From: Eubacteriales bacterium
GTDB lineage: Bacteria; Bacillota; Clostridia; Oscillospirales; CAG-272
Reading direction: 5' to 3'
Length of the DNA stretch: 64,000 bases
Assembly: GCA_045580755.1 (NCBI GenBank)
Contig: JAZNOI010000042.1
Coordinates: 2,758-66,757 of the forward strand
Below, piece after piece: positions 17,693 to 27,070 of this stretch. The position numbers and the translations under genes are program-made. The notes below the pieces were generated by a model, which saw nothing but the letters and a program-made list of their open reading frames with translations, was not told the origin of the DNA and did not search any database. Numbering within the stretch: position 1 is the stretch's first letter; every line of letters starts with the position of its first letter.

Positions 17693-18358
17693 TCACATAT
17701 CGCTTGTAAATTCAACGATCATTGAGTTGGTAACCCCGTCAAGTGTCATAAATTTGTCTGCCAGTTCATTCGCAAACTTCTTTCCGGACACCTGGATCGT
17801 GATCTCGCAATCGGTCTTTGTTCTTATGCTGTTTTTAAGCCTGTAAAAAGGCTTAGGAAGCATCTTTTCAACATTTTCCTTTGCTTCGGCATCGTACTTC
17901 ACCACAATAAGATATTTCTTGATCCCAAAGCGGAGCAACACACCCAAAACGTATACAACGGCAATAAACAAAGTGCAAAAGATCGCCGTCTGATACAATC
18001 CCGCACCGCAGGTTATGCCTACCGCAACCGACCAGAACAAAAAGCCTACGTCAAGCGGGTCTTTTACTGCCGAACGGAAACGTATAATACTGAGCGAACC
18101 GACCATACCGAGCGACAACACGATATTCGCGGATATCGTCATTATGATAAACGTGGTAATAAGAGATACCAAAACGAGCAAAAGATTAAAATTCTCACTG
18201 TAACAAGTGCCGCGGTAAAACAGTCTGTATACAAGATATATCACTATACTGCAAGCCAAGGCTACGCCGATTCCGATAAAAATCTCTTTCGGAGACAGCT
18301 CGAGCAACAATCCCGACTGCTCTATACTGTTCTTAAAATCTTCAATGAGTGTCTTCAT
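17693..18358 (-). CDS. DUF4956-family polytopic membrane protein
   Basis: 221 aa. Several TM segments, the SLGMVGSLSIIRFRSAVKDPLDVGFLFW signature, and a soluble C-terminal domain. Confidence 0.7.
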   Translation of the reverse strand: MKTLIEDFKNSIEQSGLLLELSPKEIFIGIGVALACSIVIYLVYRLFYRGTCYSENFNLLLVLVSLITTFIIMTISANIVLSLGMVGSLSIIRFRSAVKDPLDVGFLFWSVAVGITCGAGLYQTAIFCTLFIAVVYVLGVLLRFGIKKYLIVVKYDAEAKENVEKMLPKPFYRLKNSIRTKTDCEITIQVSGKKFANELADKFMTLDGVTNSMIVEFTSDM

Positions 18359-18383
18359 TTGTGTTCTCCATTTTATATTCTAA

Positions 18384-19082
18384 TTATTTTTGAATCAATT
18401 TTATATTGTTTTTCAAATAGTCTCTGCACAGCATATATTTTGAAGCCGCCATAGGCGTATAGCCGATCGAGAGCAACTGTCTTATATATTCGGGCAAAAA
18501 GTTATCGAACTTAACCTCGAGAATAACCTCGTTTCTGCCAAAAACATAACCGTTTTTATACTCTTTTGAGAAAAAATCGTTCGTAGTTATGCCGCAAGAA
18601 AGCTCTTTGTCAAACGTTATTCGAGTATTTGAAAGCGGGTGCAAATACGCCTCTCTTACGTAATCGACCGTAACCACAGGGGAAAGCCCCTTGTCTCTGT
18701 TCAACAAAAACACCCTTTTGCATAAATCGTTTTCTTTTTCCGCCAAAGGAGAAAAATCGTTTGATTTCATCGAGTCAAATATTTCTTTGTCTATCCTAAA
18801 ACTCGTTTTGTTGATCTTATTCAGCTTTTTTTCTTTACATTCAAGGGCTATGAACGATGGGTCATAGTTATAAGCTCTGATCCTGTATTTTTTTCTGTTT
18901 GCATCACCCGAGAGTTTTTCGTAGTATGACGTATCTTTGTTGTCGTCGAGATACAGGCTTGTTATTCTGTAACCTTCCGGAGAAACAGTATGTTTATCAG
19001 ACGGCAATACCGCCGCGATCCGCTTCGATAATACGAGATAATCTTCGTAATTCAGCAAATACTTTATTTCATTTCGCAGCAT
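18384..19082 (-). CDS. VTC-domain (polyphosphate polymerase / triphosphate-tunnel type) protein
   Basis: 232 aa, soluble. N-terminal LRNEIKYLL tunnel-start motif and KKYRIRAYN. ATG at 19082 lies 6 nt after AGGAGG. Confidence 0.72.
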   Translation of the reverse strand: MLRNEIKYLLNYEDYLVLSKRIAAVLPSDKHTVSPEGYRITSLYLDDNKDTSYYEKLSGDANRKKYRIRAYNYDPSFIALECKEKKLNKINKTSFRIDKEIFDSMKSNDFSPLAEKENDLCKRVFLLNRDKGLSPVVTVDYVREAYLHPLSNTRITFDKELSCGITTNDFFSKEYKNGYVFGRNEVILEVKFDNFLPEYIRQLLSIGYTPMAASKYMLCRDYLKNNIKLIQK

Positions 19083-19260
19083 ACTTTTCCTCCTTTTTGT
19101 ACTCAACTACTCTATATTTATCTAATTATATCATAATATGATCATTTGCACAATACACAACGAAAAACAAAATACGACATCCTTTTTGTGCATATTACAC
19201 ACCGACTCCCCGAAAACAAGCTTTTCTAATGCATTATTTGCTTTTTTGATAAAACAGCAT

Positions 19261-20511
19261 TCAGCCTGCCGCCAGCTTTTCGACGGCAACATATATGGCT
19301 GATATCTTATACCAAGTTGCGAAATCCACACTCCCCGAAGAAGGAAGATCGAATATTTCCTGAAAAGTTTTGACCGCATTTTCCGTATTTTGTCCGTATA
19401 TACCGTCAACGCGAAGTTTTTGTATCGCGGGATAATTATCAGAGATCGCATTCAGCTGTTCTTGCACTGTTCTGACACTGCTTCCTTCTGACCCGAAAAA
19501 CAAAGGACTTCCCGGATAAGAAACGGGTACTCCCTCGACCACCTCTGCCGATGTCAGATAAATATCACTGCCATAATAATTGCGCAGTATTTCAACAGCG
19601 TCGAGCCCCTGCTCTCCCAACTCTTTTGACCCCCACTGACTGAGCCAGCCCGGGCAGGTTACGTCGCTTCCGTTACAGTACTGCGAAAAATACGGCTGAA
19701 GAATATTCGGTTTCGTTATATAAGTCGTAAACAAATAATCGACGATCTCGGATATTTCCGAGAAGACGTTTCTGCCGTACACGAACGCCTGATCGTATGC
19801 AGTGGAATTCGTTATGGTAAAATCATAGCCTTTGCCTCTGTACCATTCCGTATAAACCCTATTCAGAGTAAACGAAGTTATTGCAAGTATGTTTGCCTCG
19901 ATCGTTTCGATCGGCCACGTCGGATAGATCTCACAGCTTGCAACATTCTTTATATAATCTTTAAAAGGAACGTAATAATTCTGCTTTGAAGCATCGGAAG
20001 GAACACCGTCGTGCACTATTATCAGCTCGGGAATAACGGGCTCGGGCAGTACGACAAAACCGTCTCCCTCGGGCAACGGTTTTACCGCCTCCTCGGGTAT
20101 TTTGGGCGGAAATTTTTCCCACAGCGTGTGGGGGGAAATAATTATGTCATTTTCAAAAGAAGTATTGTCCTCTCTTTTTCTCAAAAATATATTTTGCAGA
20201 GCAAGCGTATCCTGCAGTATCTGCACACCTTCTATTTTGTATGGCTCAAAACCGTCGGCATTCACCGTAACGTTATATTCCGAATACGGTCTTACTTCAC
20301 TCTGCGGTTCAAAAGAGTATTCAATATTTGGTGCGCTGAGATCGATCTGCTCCGTGTTCCCCGATGAATCAGTGATCAGCCTTTCGATCACGTTTCCGTT
20401 TTCTCCCGCACCTTCAATAACGACTTCAATATTGTTGATCGGTCTTCCCTCACTTTGATCGTATACACTTACTCTCAAAAAACCTTTTTGAAATTCAATA
20501 CCGTTGTTCAT
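19261..20511 (-). CDS. sleC: Spore cortex-lytic enzyme SleC-like (pre-pro N-domain, catalytic region, C-terminal peptidoglycan-binding domain)
   Basis: N-terminus GFLRVSVYDQSEGRPINNIEVVI, core IVHDGVPSDASKQNYYVPFKDYIKNVASCEIYPTWP...TEWYRGKGYDFTIT, and C-terminal PG_binding_1-type VDGIYGQNTENAVKTFQEIFDLPSSG. Matches my recollection of clostridial SleC. Adjacent to the csp genes. Confidence 0.8.
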   Translation of the reverse strand: MNNGIEFQKGFLRVSVYDQSEGRPINNIEVVIEGAGENGNVIERLITDSSGNTEQIDLSAPNIEYSFEPQSEVRPYSEYNVTVNADGFEPYKIEGVQILQDTLALQNIFLRKREDNTSFENDIIISPHTLWEKFPPKIPEEAVKPLPEGDGFVVLPEPVIPELIIVHDGVPSDASKQNYYVPFKDYIKNVASCEIYPTWPIETIEANILAITSFTLNRVYTEWYRGKGYDFTITNSTAYDQAFVYGRNVFSEISEIVDYLFTTYITKPNILQPYFSQYCNGSDVTCPGWLSQWGSKELGEQGLDAVEILRNYYGSDIYLTSAEVVEGVPVSYPGSPLFFGSEGSSVRTVQEQLNAISDNYPAIQKLRVDGIYGQNTENAVKTFQEIFDLPSSGSVDFATWYKISAIYVAVEKLAAG

Positions 20512-20625
20512 AAAAAAATCTCCCCTTCTTATTGTTTGTATCATTTTATGCCGATCTTTACAAAAAAGATATAGTTAACAAACGCCGACAAAAAACATAT
20601 ACTGCTTTTTAAGGGGGGGATAATT

Positions 20626-22356
20626 ATGAATTCGTCATACACCAACAACCGCGAAAGCGCCGTAAACGGCATTATACTGCAAGGGGAGCCGAGCCTGGTT
20701 TCAGACGGCAGACTCGAAGCTATCGTCAAGTACAGCGACGGAATCGAGGCACTTGACGGATACGTTGAAAGCGTGGAAATATTAAGCAACAACTACGCCA
20801 TAGTTACGGGTACGTTATCACAAATAAACTCCATATATTCCCTACCGTTTATTGAATACGTGGAACTGCCGAAAACGCTGTCGTTCGAGCTGTCAAGCAG
20901 CAGATATTCAGTATGCTCAACAAGGGCGCAGGGAGCCCCTTTTAATCTCAGCGGTAAAGGCGTAGCGATAGGCATAATCGATTCGGGAATAGACTTTACT
21001 CACCCCGATTTTCAAAACGATGACGGCACAAGCAGAATACTGTATTTGTGGGATCAGACGGCAAACGGGATACCTCCCTACAATTTTAAAAACGGGGCTG
21101 AATATACAAACGGGCAAATTAACGACGCTTTAAAAACCGCTACTCCGTTTCAAACAGTGAACTCGGTCGATGAAGTAGGACACGGCACGGCAGTTGCAGG
21201 TATTGCCGCGGGCAACGGCAGACAGTCGGACGGCAGAGAAAGGGGGATAGCCCCCGATTCGCCGCTTATTATCGTAAAATTAGGCAGACGCGGAGACGGA
21301 GCTTTTCCTCGCACTACTGAGGTTATGAGAGCTTTACGTTATATAATCAACAGAGCGAGAGAAATCTCCTTGCCCGTTTGCATAAATCTAAGCTACGGCA
21401 CAAACAACGGCAGTCATGACGGAAACAGTCTTTTTGAGCAATACATAAACGAGGTTTCTTTGGAATGGAAAACCGTTATATGCGTAGCTACGGGCAATGA
21501 AGGAGATGCAGCCCACCATTTTTCGTCGGTTTTAAGCGAGGGCGGCTCAGTAAACGTCCCGATCGTTTTTTCCGGAGGTGTAAACAGGGTGTATGTAACC
21601 CTGTGGAAGAACTTTTCGGACAGTTTTAATTTTTCGATAACCTCGCCGACGAATGAAATATCTCCCGAGATAACGCCACTGAAAACTATATATCGTTTCA
21701 CTTTATCAAACACGGATATAACGGTTTTTTACGGTCAACCAACGAACTATACACAGTTTCAAGAGGTGTATTTTCTTTTTGAAAGCCAAAGTGCATCTTT
21801 TTTTGAAGGTATTTGGACCATAAACGTATCCGGAGAAACAGTGGTAGACGGTAGATTCGATTTATGGTTGCCGCCCGTCAGCGATGTTTTTGACTCGGTA
21901 ACGTTTTTAACCCCCGATATAAACGTTACACTCACCCTTCCTTCAACGGTAGAAAACGTTATTTCCGTCGCGGGATACAACTCAAACAACAATAGTATCG
22001 CCGCCTTTTCGGGCAGAGGATACACGCGAAACAACGTTAAAGTAAAACCCGATATCGCTGCACCCGCGGTAAATATTTTAACGACGAGGGCGGGCGGCGG
22101 GTACATGCAGTTCAGCGGAACGAGCTTTGCCTGTCCTTTCGTTACGGGTGCTTGCGCACTTTTGATGGAATGGGGGATAACCCGGGGAAACGACATATTT
22201 TTATACGGTCAAAGGGTAAAAGCTTTTTTACAAAAAGGGGCAAAAAGACTGCAAAACGTTAGTTACCCGAACAATTATTGGGGGTACGGTACGCTCTGTA
22301 TATCAAACTCTCTCGACCTGCTCGCTTCTTATAATCAAGGAGGTTCTGTTATATAA
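20626..22356 (+). CDS. Csp-type germination-specific subtilisin-like protease (intact D/H/S triad)
   Basis: 576 aa. IGIIDSGIDFTHPDF (Asp), VGHGTAVAGIAAG (His), FSGTSFACPFVTGACALL (Ser). No signal peptide. Divergent from sleC. Confidence 0.85.
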   Translation: MNSSYTNNRESAVNGIILQGEPSLVSDGRLEAIVKYSDGIEALDGYVESVEILSNNYAIVTGTLSQINSIYSLPFIEYVELPKTLSFELSSSRYSVCSTRAQGAPFNLSGKGVAIGIIDSGIDFTHPDFQNDDGTSRILYLWDQTANGIPPYNFKNGAEYTNGQINDALKTATPFQTVNSVDEVGHGTAVAGIAAGNGRQSDGRERGIAPDSPLIIVKLGRRGDGAFPRTTEVMRALRYIINRAREISLPVCINLSYGTNNGSHDGNSLFEQYINEVSLEWKTVICVATGNEGDAAHHFSSVLSEGGSVNVPIVFSGGVNRVYVTLWKNFSDSFNFSITSPTNEISPEITPLKTIYRFTLSNTDITVFYGQPTNYTQFQEVYFLFESQSASFFEGIWTINVSGETVVDGRFDLWLPPVSDVFDSVTFLTPDINVTLTLPSTVENVISVAGYNSNNNSIAAFSGRGYTRNNVKVKPDIAAPAVNILTTRAGGGYMQFSGTSFACPFVTGACALLMEWGITRGNDIFLYGQRVKAFLQKGAKRLQNVSYPNNYWGYGTLCISNSLDLLASYNQGGSVI

Positions 22357-24062
22357 TGCTTCAAGGAAATGAATTAACCGACTTTTTGTACAGCCCGAAC
22401 ACGACCGATTTTATTATCCGGGCAAACGAATACTACATAAATGAAATACAAAACTACCCGTTCGTCAGGGTCACGCAGGTGTTGAGTGACTATTTTATTT
22501 TAGGTTACGTAGACAACGCAGATATCGAAAAGCTGGGCGACGCTCTGGGGACGAATTTTTATTCTTCACTCCCATACGTCGTCGGTCTCCAGGACAGAAA
22601 CGCCTTAGAAAGCTCGGGGATAATACAAGTGCAAGAACAGGAGTTTCTCGAGCTGACGGGAAACGGTGTTCTTATCGGAATAATCGACACGGGCATCGAC
22701 TACACGAGCCCCGCTTTCAGATTCGAGGACGGAACAAGCAAGATAGTATCTATTTATGACCAATCTATCCCGGGATCACCGCCGGAAAACTTTTTACTCG
22801 GAACCGAGTACACCAATGAACAGATAAACGAGGCGTTGCTTTCGCGCACTCCATTCGATATCGTCCCCAGCAGAGACGAGGTCGGCCACGGCACATTTCT
22901 AGCCTCTGTTGCCGCCGGCAGAGAGGTGGGCGATTCTTTGGGAGCTGCCCCCGATTCCGAGCTTGTCGTAGTCAAGCTGAAAGAGGCCCGCCCTTTTATA
23001 AAAAACAACTACCTCGTCCCCGAGGATAACAGAAACGTATATGAATCGACGGCAGTTATGCTGGGAATAGAATACGTTCTGCAAAAAGCGAGGGAACTCG
23101 GAAAGCCCGTTGCGATCTGTCTCGGCGTTGGCACAAATCTCGGCAGTCACGACGGAAACACGCTTTTCGAGCAATATATCGGAATGGTGGCAAACATTAC
23201 GGGCGTATGCGTTTGTGCCTCTGCCGGCAACGAAAGCCAGGACAGACATCACACGAGAGTGGTCGTCCCAAGAAACGGAACGACTTCCGACATAACGATC
23301 AACAATAAAAAAGAGCGCAACGGGATATATCTCTCATTATTAAACTTAGCGTCCGACAGAATATCCGTCTCGCTAAAATCTCCAACGGGAGAGGTCGTCA
23401 GCAGAATACCCGCAAAGGCGGGTACGACGTATACCTCGCGGCTTGTCCTTGAAAGATCAAAAGTAACGATACAGTACTTTTTCCCCCTTTCCATAAGCAG
23501 CGGTCAGGCTACTATAATAAAGATCGAAAACGCCACGCCGGGTCTGTGGACGGTAACCCTATACGGAGATATAATACTCGACGGAACGGTGGATGCCTAT
23601 CTTCCATTGACTTCGATCGGCTATCCCGACGTTGAATTTTTGGAACCCGACCCGAATTATACGGTAACCGTTCCCGGCACCTCTCCGTCGGTTATAACCG
23701 TCGGCGCCTATAACTCAAGAGACAACAGTCTTTTTATCAATTCATCGTGGGGACCAACCAGACAGCCTTCAGGCTCGCCCGACCTCGTTGCCCCGGGAGT
23801 TCGCGTAAGCGGAGTTTTTCCGACGGGTGAAGGCGTAATGAGCGGAACGTCCGTTGCCTGCGCGCTGACCACGGGGGCCTGCGCCCTAATGCTTCAATGG
23901 GGGATCGTCGAGGGCAACGCAACGACCATCGATACTTTTCAGATAAAAGGCTATCTTATACGCGGGTGTGAACGGGATAACAACAGAGATTACCCAAACT
24001 ATCAATGGGGCTACGGCAAACTTGATCTGTATAATTCGTTTAACCTGATACGCGATCTGTAG
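22356..24062 (+). CDS. Second Csp-type subtilisin-like protease (intact D/H/S triad)
   Basis: 568 aa. IGIIDTGIDYTSPAF, VGHGTFLASVAAG, MSGTSVACALTTGACALM. Its start overlaps the upstream stop (ATAATG). Confidence 0.85.
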   Translation: MLQGNELTDFLYSPNTTDFIIRANEYYINEIQNYPFVRVTQVLSDYFILGYVDNADIEKLGDALGTNFYSSLPYVVGLQDRNALESSGIIQVQEQEFLELTGNGVLIGIIDTGIDYTSPAFRFEDGTSKIVSIYDQSIPGSPPENFLLGTEYTNEQINEALLSRTPFDIVPSRDEVGHGTFLASVAAGREVGDSLGAAPDSELVVVKLKEARPFIKNNYLVPEDNRNVYESTAVMLGIEYVLQKARELGKPVAICLGVGTNLGSHDGNTLFEQYIGMVANITGVCVCASAGNESQDRHHTRVVVPRNGTTSDITINNKKERNGIYLSLLNLASDRISVSLKSPTGEVVSRIPAKAGTTYTSRLVLERSKVTIQYFFPLSISSGQATIIKIENATPGLWTVTLYGDIILDGTVDAYLPLTSIGYPDVEFLEPDPNYTVTVPGTSPSVITVGAYNSRDNSLFINSSWGPTRQPSGSPDLVAPGVRVSGVFPTGEGVMSGTSVACALTTGACALMLQWGIVEGNATTIDTFQIKGYLIRGCERDNNRDYPNYQWGYGKLDLYNSFNLIRDL

Positions 24063-24136
24063 CATTTTATTTTTCTTCGCAAAACGAAATCATCATGATT
24101 ATTCCACGTTTTATACAATATAACAAAAACAAAAAA

Positions 24137-24158
24137 CTCATCGCAAAAGTGCGATGAG
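24137..24158. terminator. Bidirectional terminator between the convergent csp and amidohydrolase genes
   Basis: CTCATCGCA-AAAG-TGCGATGAG flanked by an A-run and a T-run. Confidence 0.7.
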
Positions 24159-24188
24159 TTTTTGTTTTATTATGTCAAAAAAGAATCA

Positions 24189-25550
24189 TTAGAAATCAAG
24201 GGTAACGGTTCCGTCGTCGTGATAGATAACCGCTTCTTTGTCTTTCAAGAAACAGTCGATCGCCGCAAAATATTCCTCTCTCGTCTTATACACGGGAGTG
24301 AAACTTGCAATGATCTTCTTTGCTTCTGCCGCATCATCCTTCAAAAGCTCGTGCAGGTAAACAAGCTGATATACAGCCGAGAACACGCACGCACTGTCAG
24401 GGTACGTTACCATATAGTCGTTTCCGTGGCTGGTACCCGTCGTACCCGAAACGTACGGGTGGAATGCAGGCATTACGCACTGAATATCACCGATATCCGA
24501 GCAACCGCCGCCGCGTCCGGGATTATACAGTATCTTATCGGAAGTTGTACACATGGGAGCAACTCTATGTCCGAGGTCAAGCATCATTTCGTCATTTTCA
24601 ACGGGCGAATAACCGGGTCTGTCCTGCAACAAAACGTTAGCCCCGATAGAAGCAGCAGACGCCGCAATTGCTCTGTTCACCTTGTCGTTTATCTTCTTGA
24701 TAACCTCGACCGACATACCTCTTACCTGAGCCTCGAGTCTTGCTTCCGAGGGGATGGCGTTTACCATTTGTCCGCCGTTTGTCATGATCGGATGAACTCT
24801 TCCGTATTCGCCGTCGATTATCGTTTCGCGGATAGCGTTAATAGCCTGAATACCGAGAGTTGCAGCATAGAAGGCGTTTACACCTTTATGAGGAGCAGCA
24901 CCTGCGTGTGCAGCTACACCTTTATAAGTAAACGTCTTGCTTAACAGTCCGTTTGAACCCTTCTTCATATAGATCGTATAGGGTTCTTTGTTGTTCATCG
25001 TATGAACCATAAACGCCATATCACAGTCGTCAAAGTAACCTCTCCACATAAACTCTACCTTGCCGCCGTAATACTTGATCTTACCCGCAAGTCTGAGCTC
25101 TTCTCTGAAATCGTTTTCGAGAAGCTCCTCTGCGGGAACCGCACAAAGCTTAAAGCTTCCGCAAAGACCGTCCATAGCCCCGGGTGTCTTTAATGCCGCC
25201 GCAATACCGAGCAAAGCCGCCGCCTGACAATTGTGTCCGCACGAATGGGCAGCGCCCGTTTCCTTATCTGCATAAGGATGTTCAGCACAAATAATGGCGT
25301 CGAGCTCACCGAAAATGAGCACCTTGGGTCCCGGTCTGCCCGTATCTATATCGGTATAAAAACCGGTTATACCCTCTGCTCTCGTTACCTCGTAGCCAAG
25401 CTGTTCAAACTTTTCTGCGAGATACTCGGTCGCCTTATATTCTTTAAAACCAAGCTCCGGATTAAGATAAATATATCTTTCCGCTTCAAGTATAAGATCG
25501 GTATATTTGCGAACTATACCGTCGTATTTTTCAAAAACCGCATTTCCCAT
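24189..25550 (-). CDS. M20-family amidohydrolase (AbgB-like), paralog 1
   Basis: 453 aa. Metal-site motif AAHSCGHNCQAAALLG and typical M20 dimerisation insert. Confidence 0.82.
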   Translation of the reverse strand: MGNAVFEKYDGIVRKYTDLILEAERYIYLNPELGFKEYKATEYLAEKFEQLGYEVTRAEGITGFYTDIDTGRPGPKVLIFGELDAIICAEHPYADKETGAAHSCGHNCQAAALLGIAAALKTPGAMDGLCGSFKLCAVPAEELLENDFREELRLAGKIKYYGGKVEFMWRGYFDDCDMAFMVHTMNNKEPYTIYMKKGSNGLLSKTFTYKGVAAHAGAAPHKGVNAFYAATLGIQAINAIRETIIDGEYGRVHPIMTNGGQMVNAIPSEARLEAQVRGMSVEVIKKINDKVNRAIAASAASIGANVLLQDRPGYSPVENDEMMLDLGHRVAPMCTTSDKILYNPGRGGGCSDIGDIQCVMPAFHPYVSGTTGTSHGNDYMVTYPDSACVFSAVYQLVYLHELLKDDAAEAKKIIASFTPVYKTREEYFAAIDCFLKDKEAVIYHDDGTVTLDF

Positions 25551-25584
25551 AACACTTATATCCTTTATCTTTCAAATAGTCAAA

Positions 25585-26952
25585 TCAAAAGTCAAGCTTA
25601 ACCGTACCGTCTTCGTTGTAAACTACGCATTCCTTATCCTTAAAGAAGCCGTCGATCGCTTTAAAATACTCTTCTCTGCTTGAGTAGGTGGGTTTTGCGT
25701 TTGCAAGAACTCTCTTTGCCTCAGCCGCATCGTCCTTCAAAAGCTCGTGCAGGAACGTTAACTGTACCTTCGCTGAGAACACGCACGCGCTGTCGGGATT
25801 GGTTATATAGTAGTTAGCGCCGTGGCCTGTGCCCGTAGCACCCGTAACGTTCGGATGAATAGCCGGCATAACCTGCTGAAGATCTCCGATGTCCGAGCAA
25901 CCGCCGCCTCTGAGTGTAATGATCTTAAACTTCTCGGGCGCAGTACATACCTTTGCGATCCTTTCAAATATTTCTGCCATGGTCGGATCGTTGTCAACGG
26001 GGGAATATCCGGGTCTGTCGTGGATCTCAACGTTTGCCCCGATAGAAGCCGCAGCCGCCGCGTACGCTCTGCTTACCTTATCATTTGCACTCTTAATGAT
26101 CTCGTTCGTCTTTCCTCTTACCTGTGTTTCCACACATATTTCGGAAGGAATAGCGTTTACCATCTGTCCGCCGTTCGTAATGATCGAATGGATCCTTACG
26201 TAGTTGCCGTCAACCATGGTCTCACGAAGCGCGTTTACAGCATTGAATCCCATATTAGCCGCATAAAGCGCGTTTATGCCGAGGTTGGGAGCACCGCCCG
26301 CGTGTGCAGCTTTACCCTTAAAAACTACGTTCTTCGAAACGCATCCGTTCGAACCCATACGAACAAAAAGCGAATAGGGTTCGGGACCTGACGCCGTATG
26401 TATCATAAACGCCATATTAACGTCGTCAAAGTAACCTCTGTACAAGAATTCAACCTTGCCGCCGTAATACTTGATTATTCCTTTTTTTCTGAGTTCTTCT
26501 CTGTATTCCGTCTCCAGAAGTTCCTCTGCAGGCACTGCACAAAGCTTAACGGAACCGCTGAGTCCGTCCAAAGCTCCTTCTTCTTTAAGAGCAGCCGCAA
26601 TACCGAGCAAAGCCGCAGTCTGACAGTTGTGTCCGCATGAGTGGACAGCACCCGTCTCTTTGTCGGCTTCGGGATGCTCAGCGCAAATAACCGAGTCAAG
26701 CTCGCCGAGAATAAGTATCTTCGGTCCGGGTCTGCCCGTATCTACGTCCGTATAGAAACCGGTTATACCTTCAGCCTTAGTCAAGGTGTATCCCAATTCT
26801 TCAAATTTTTCTTCAAGATATTTGGTCGTCTTGTATTCTTTGTAACCCGTTTCGGGGTTTGCGAAAATATATCTCTCCGCCTTCAAGATCAAGTCTCTGT
26901 ACTTGTCGACCATACCGCTGTATTTTTCAAAAATTTCTCCGTTCATTTGCAC
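25585..26952 (-). CDS. M20-family amidohydrolase (AbgB-like), paralog 2
   Basis: 455 aa. Collinear with paralog 1 over the full length (AVHSCGHNCQTAALLG). GTG start 6 nt after AGGAGG. Confidence 0.82.
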   Translation of the reverse strand: MQMNGEIFEKYSGMVDKYRDLILKAERYIFANPETGYKEYKTTKYLEEKFEELGYTLTKAEGITGFYTDVDTGRPGPKILILGELDSVICAEHPEADKETGAVHSCGHNCQTAALLGIAAALKEEGALDGLSGSVKLCAVPAEELLETEYREELRKKGIIKYYGGKVEFLYRGYFDDVNMAFMIHTASGPEPYSLFVRMGSNGCVSKNVVFKGKAAHAGGAPNLGINALYAANMGFNAVNALRETMVDGNYVRIHSIITNGGQMVNAIPSEICVETQVRGKTNEIIKSANDKVSRAYAAAAASIGANVEIHDRPGYSPVDNDPTMAEIFERIAKVCTAPEKFKIITLRGGGCSDIGDLQQVMPAIHPNVTGATGTGHGANYYITNPDSACVFSAKVQLTFLHELLKDDAAEAKRVLANAKPTYSSREEYFKAIDGFFKDKECVVYNEDGTVKLDF

Positions 26953-26982
26953 CTGCGACCTCCTAATAATTCCATTGATTTT

Positions 26983-27011
26983 ATATTATCATTATTCAAA
27001 ACACGTGTCAA
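26983..27011 (-). promoter_or_regulatory. Candidate promoter of the amidohydrolase pair
   Basis: On the minus strand: TTGACA, 17 nt, TAATAT. The -35 overlaps an ACACGTGT palindrome. Confidence 0.45.
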
Positions 27012-27039
27012 CAATTAAGCCGATTATTTAATAAAATAA

Positions 27040-27062
27040 AGTGCCGATCACGGATCGGCACT
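27040..27062 (-). terminator. Terminator of the ABC/GldG-like/DUF4340 operon
   Basis: AGTGCCGATC-ACG-GATCGGCACT perfect 10-bp stem with a T-rich tail on the minus strand. Confidence 0.65.
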
Positions 27063-27070
27063 TATTATCA

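Noticed and set aside
19131-19451. 106-aa minus-strand ORF overlapping the 3' end of sleC.
   Set aside because: It is out of frame with the well-supported sleC gene, overlaps it, and has no motifs.
27001-27008. ACACGTGT palindrome as a possible third parS.
   Set aside because: Only the CACGTG core matches. The flanks (GTTGA / TTTTG) do not fit TGTTN / NAACA. It overlaps a candidate -35 and may be coincidental.
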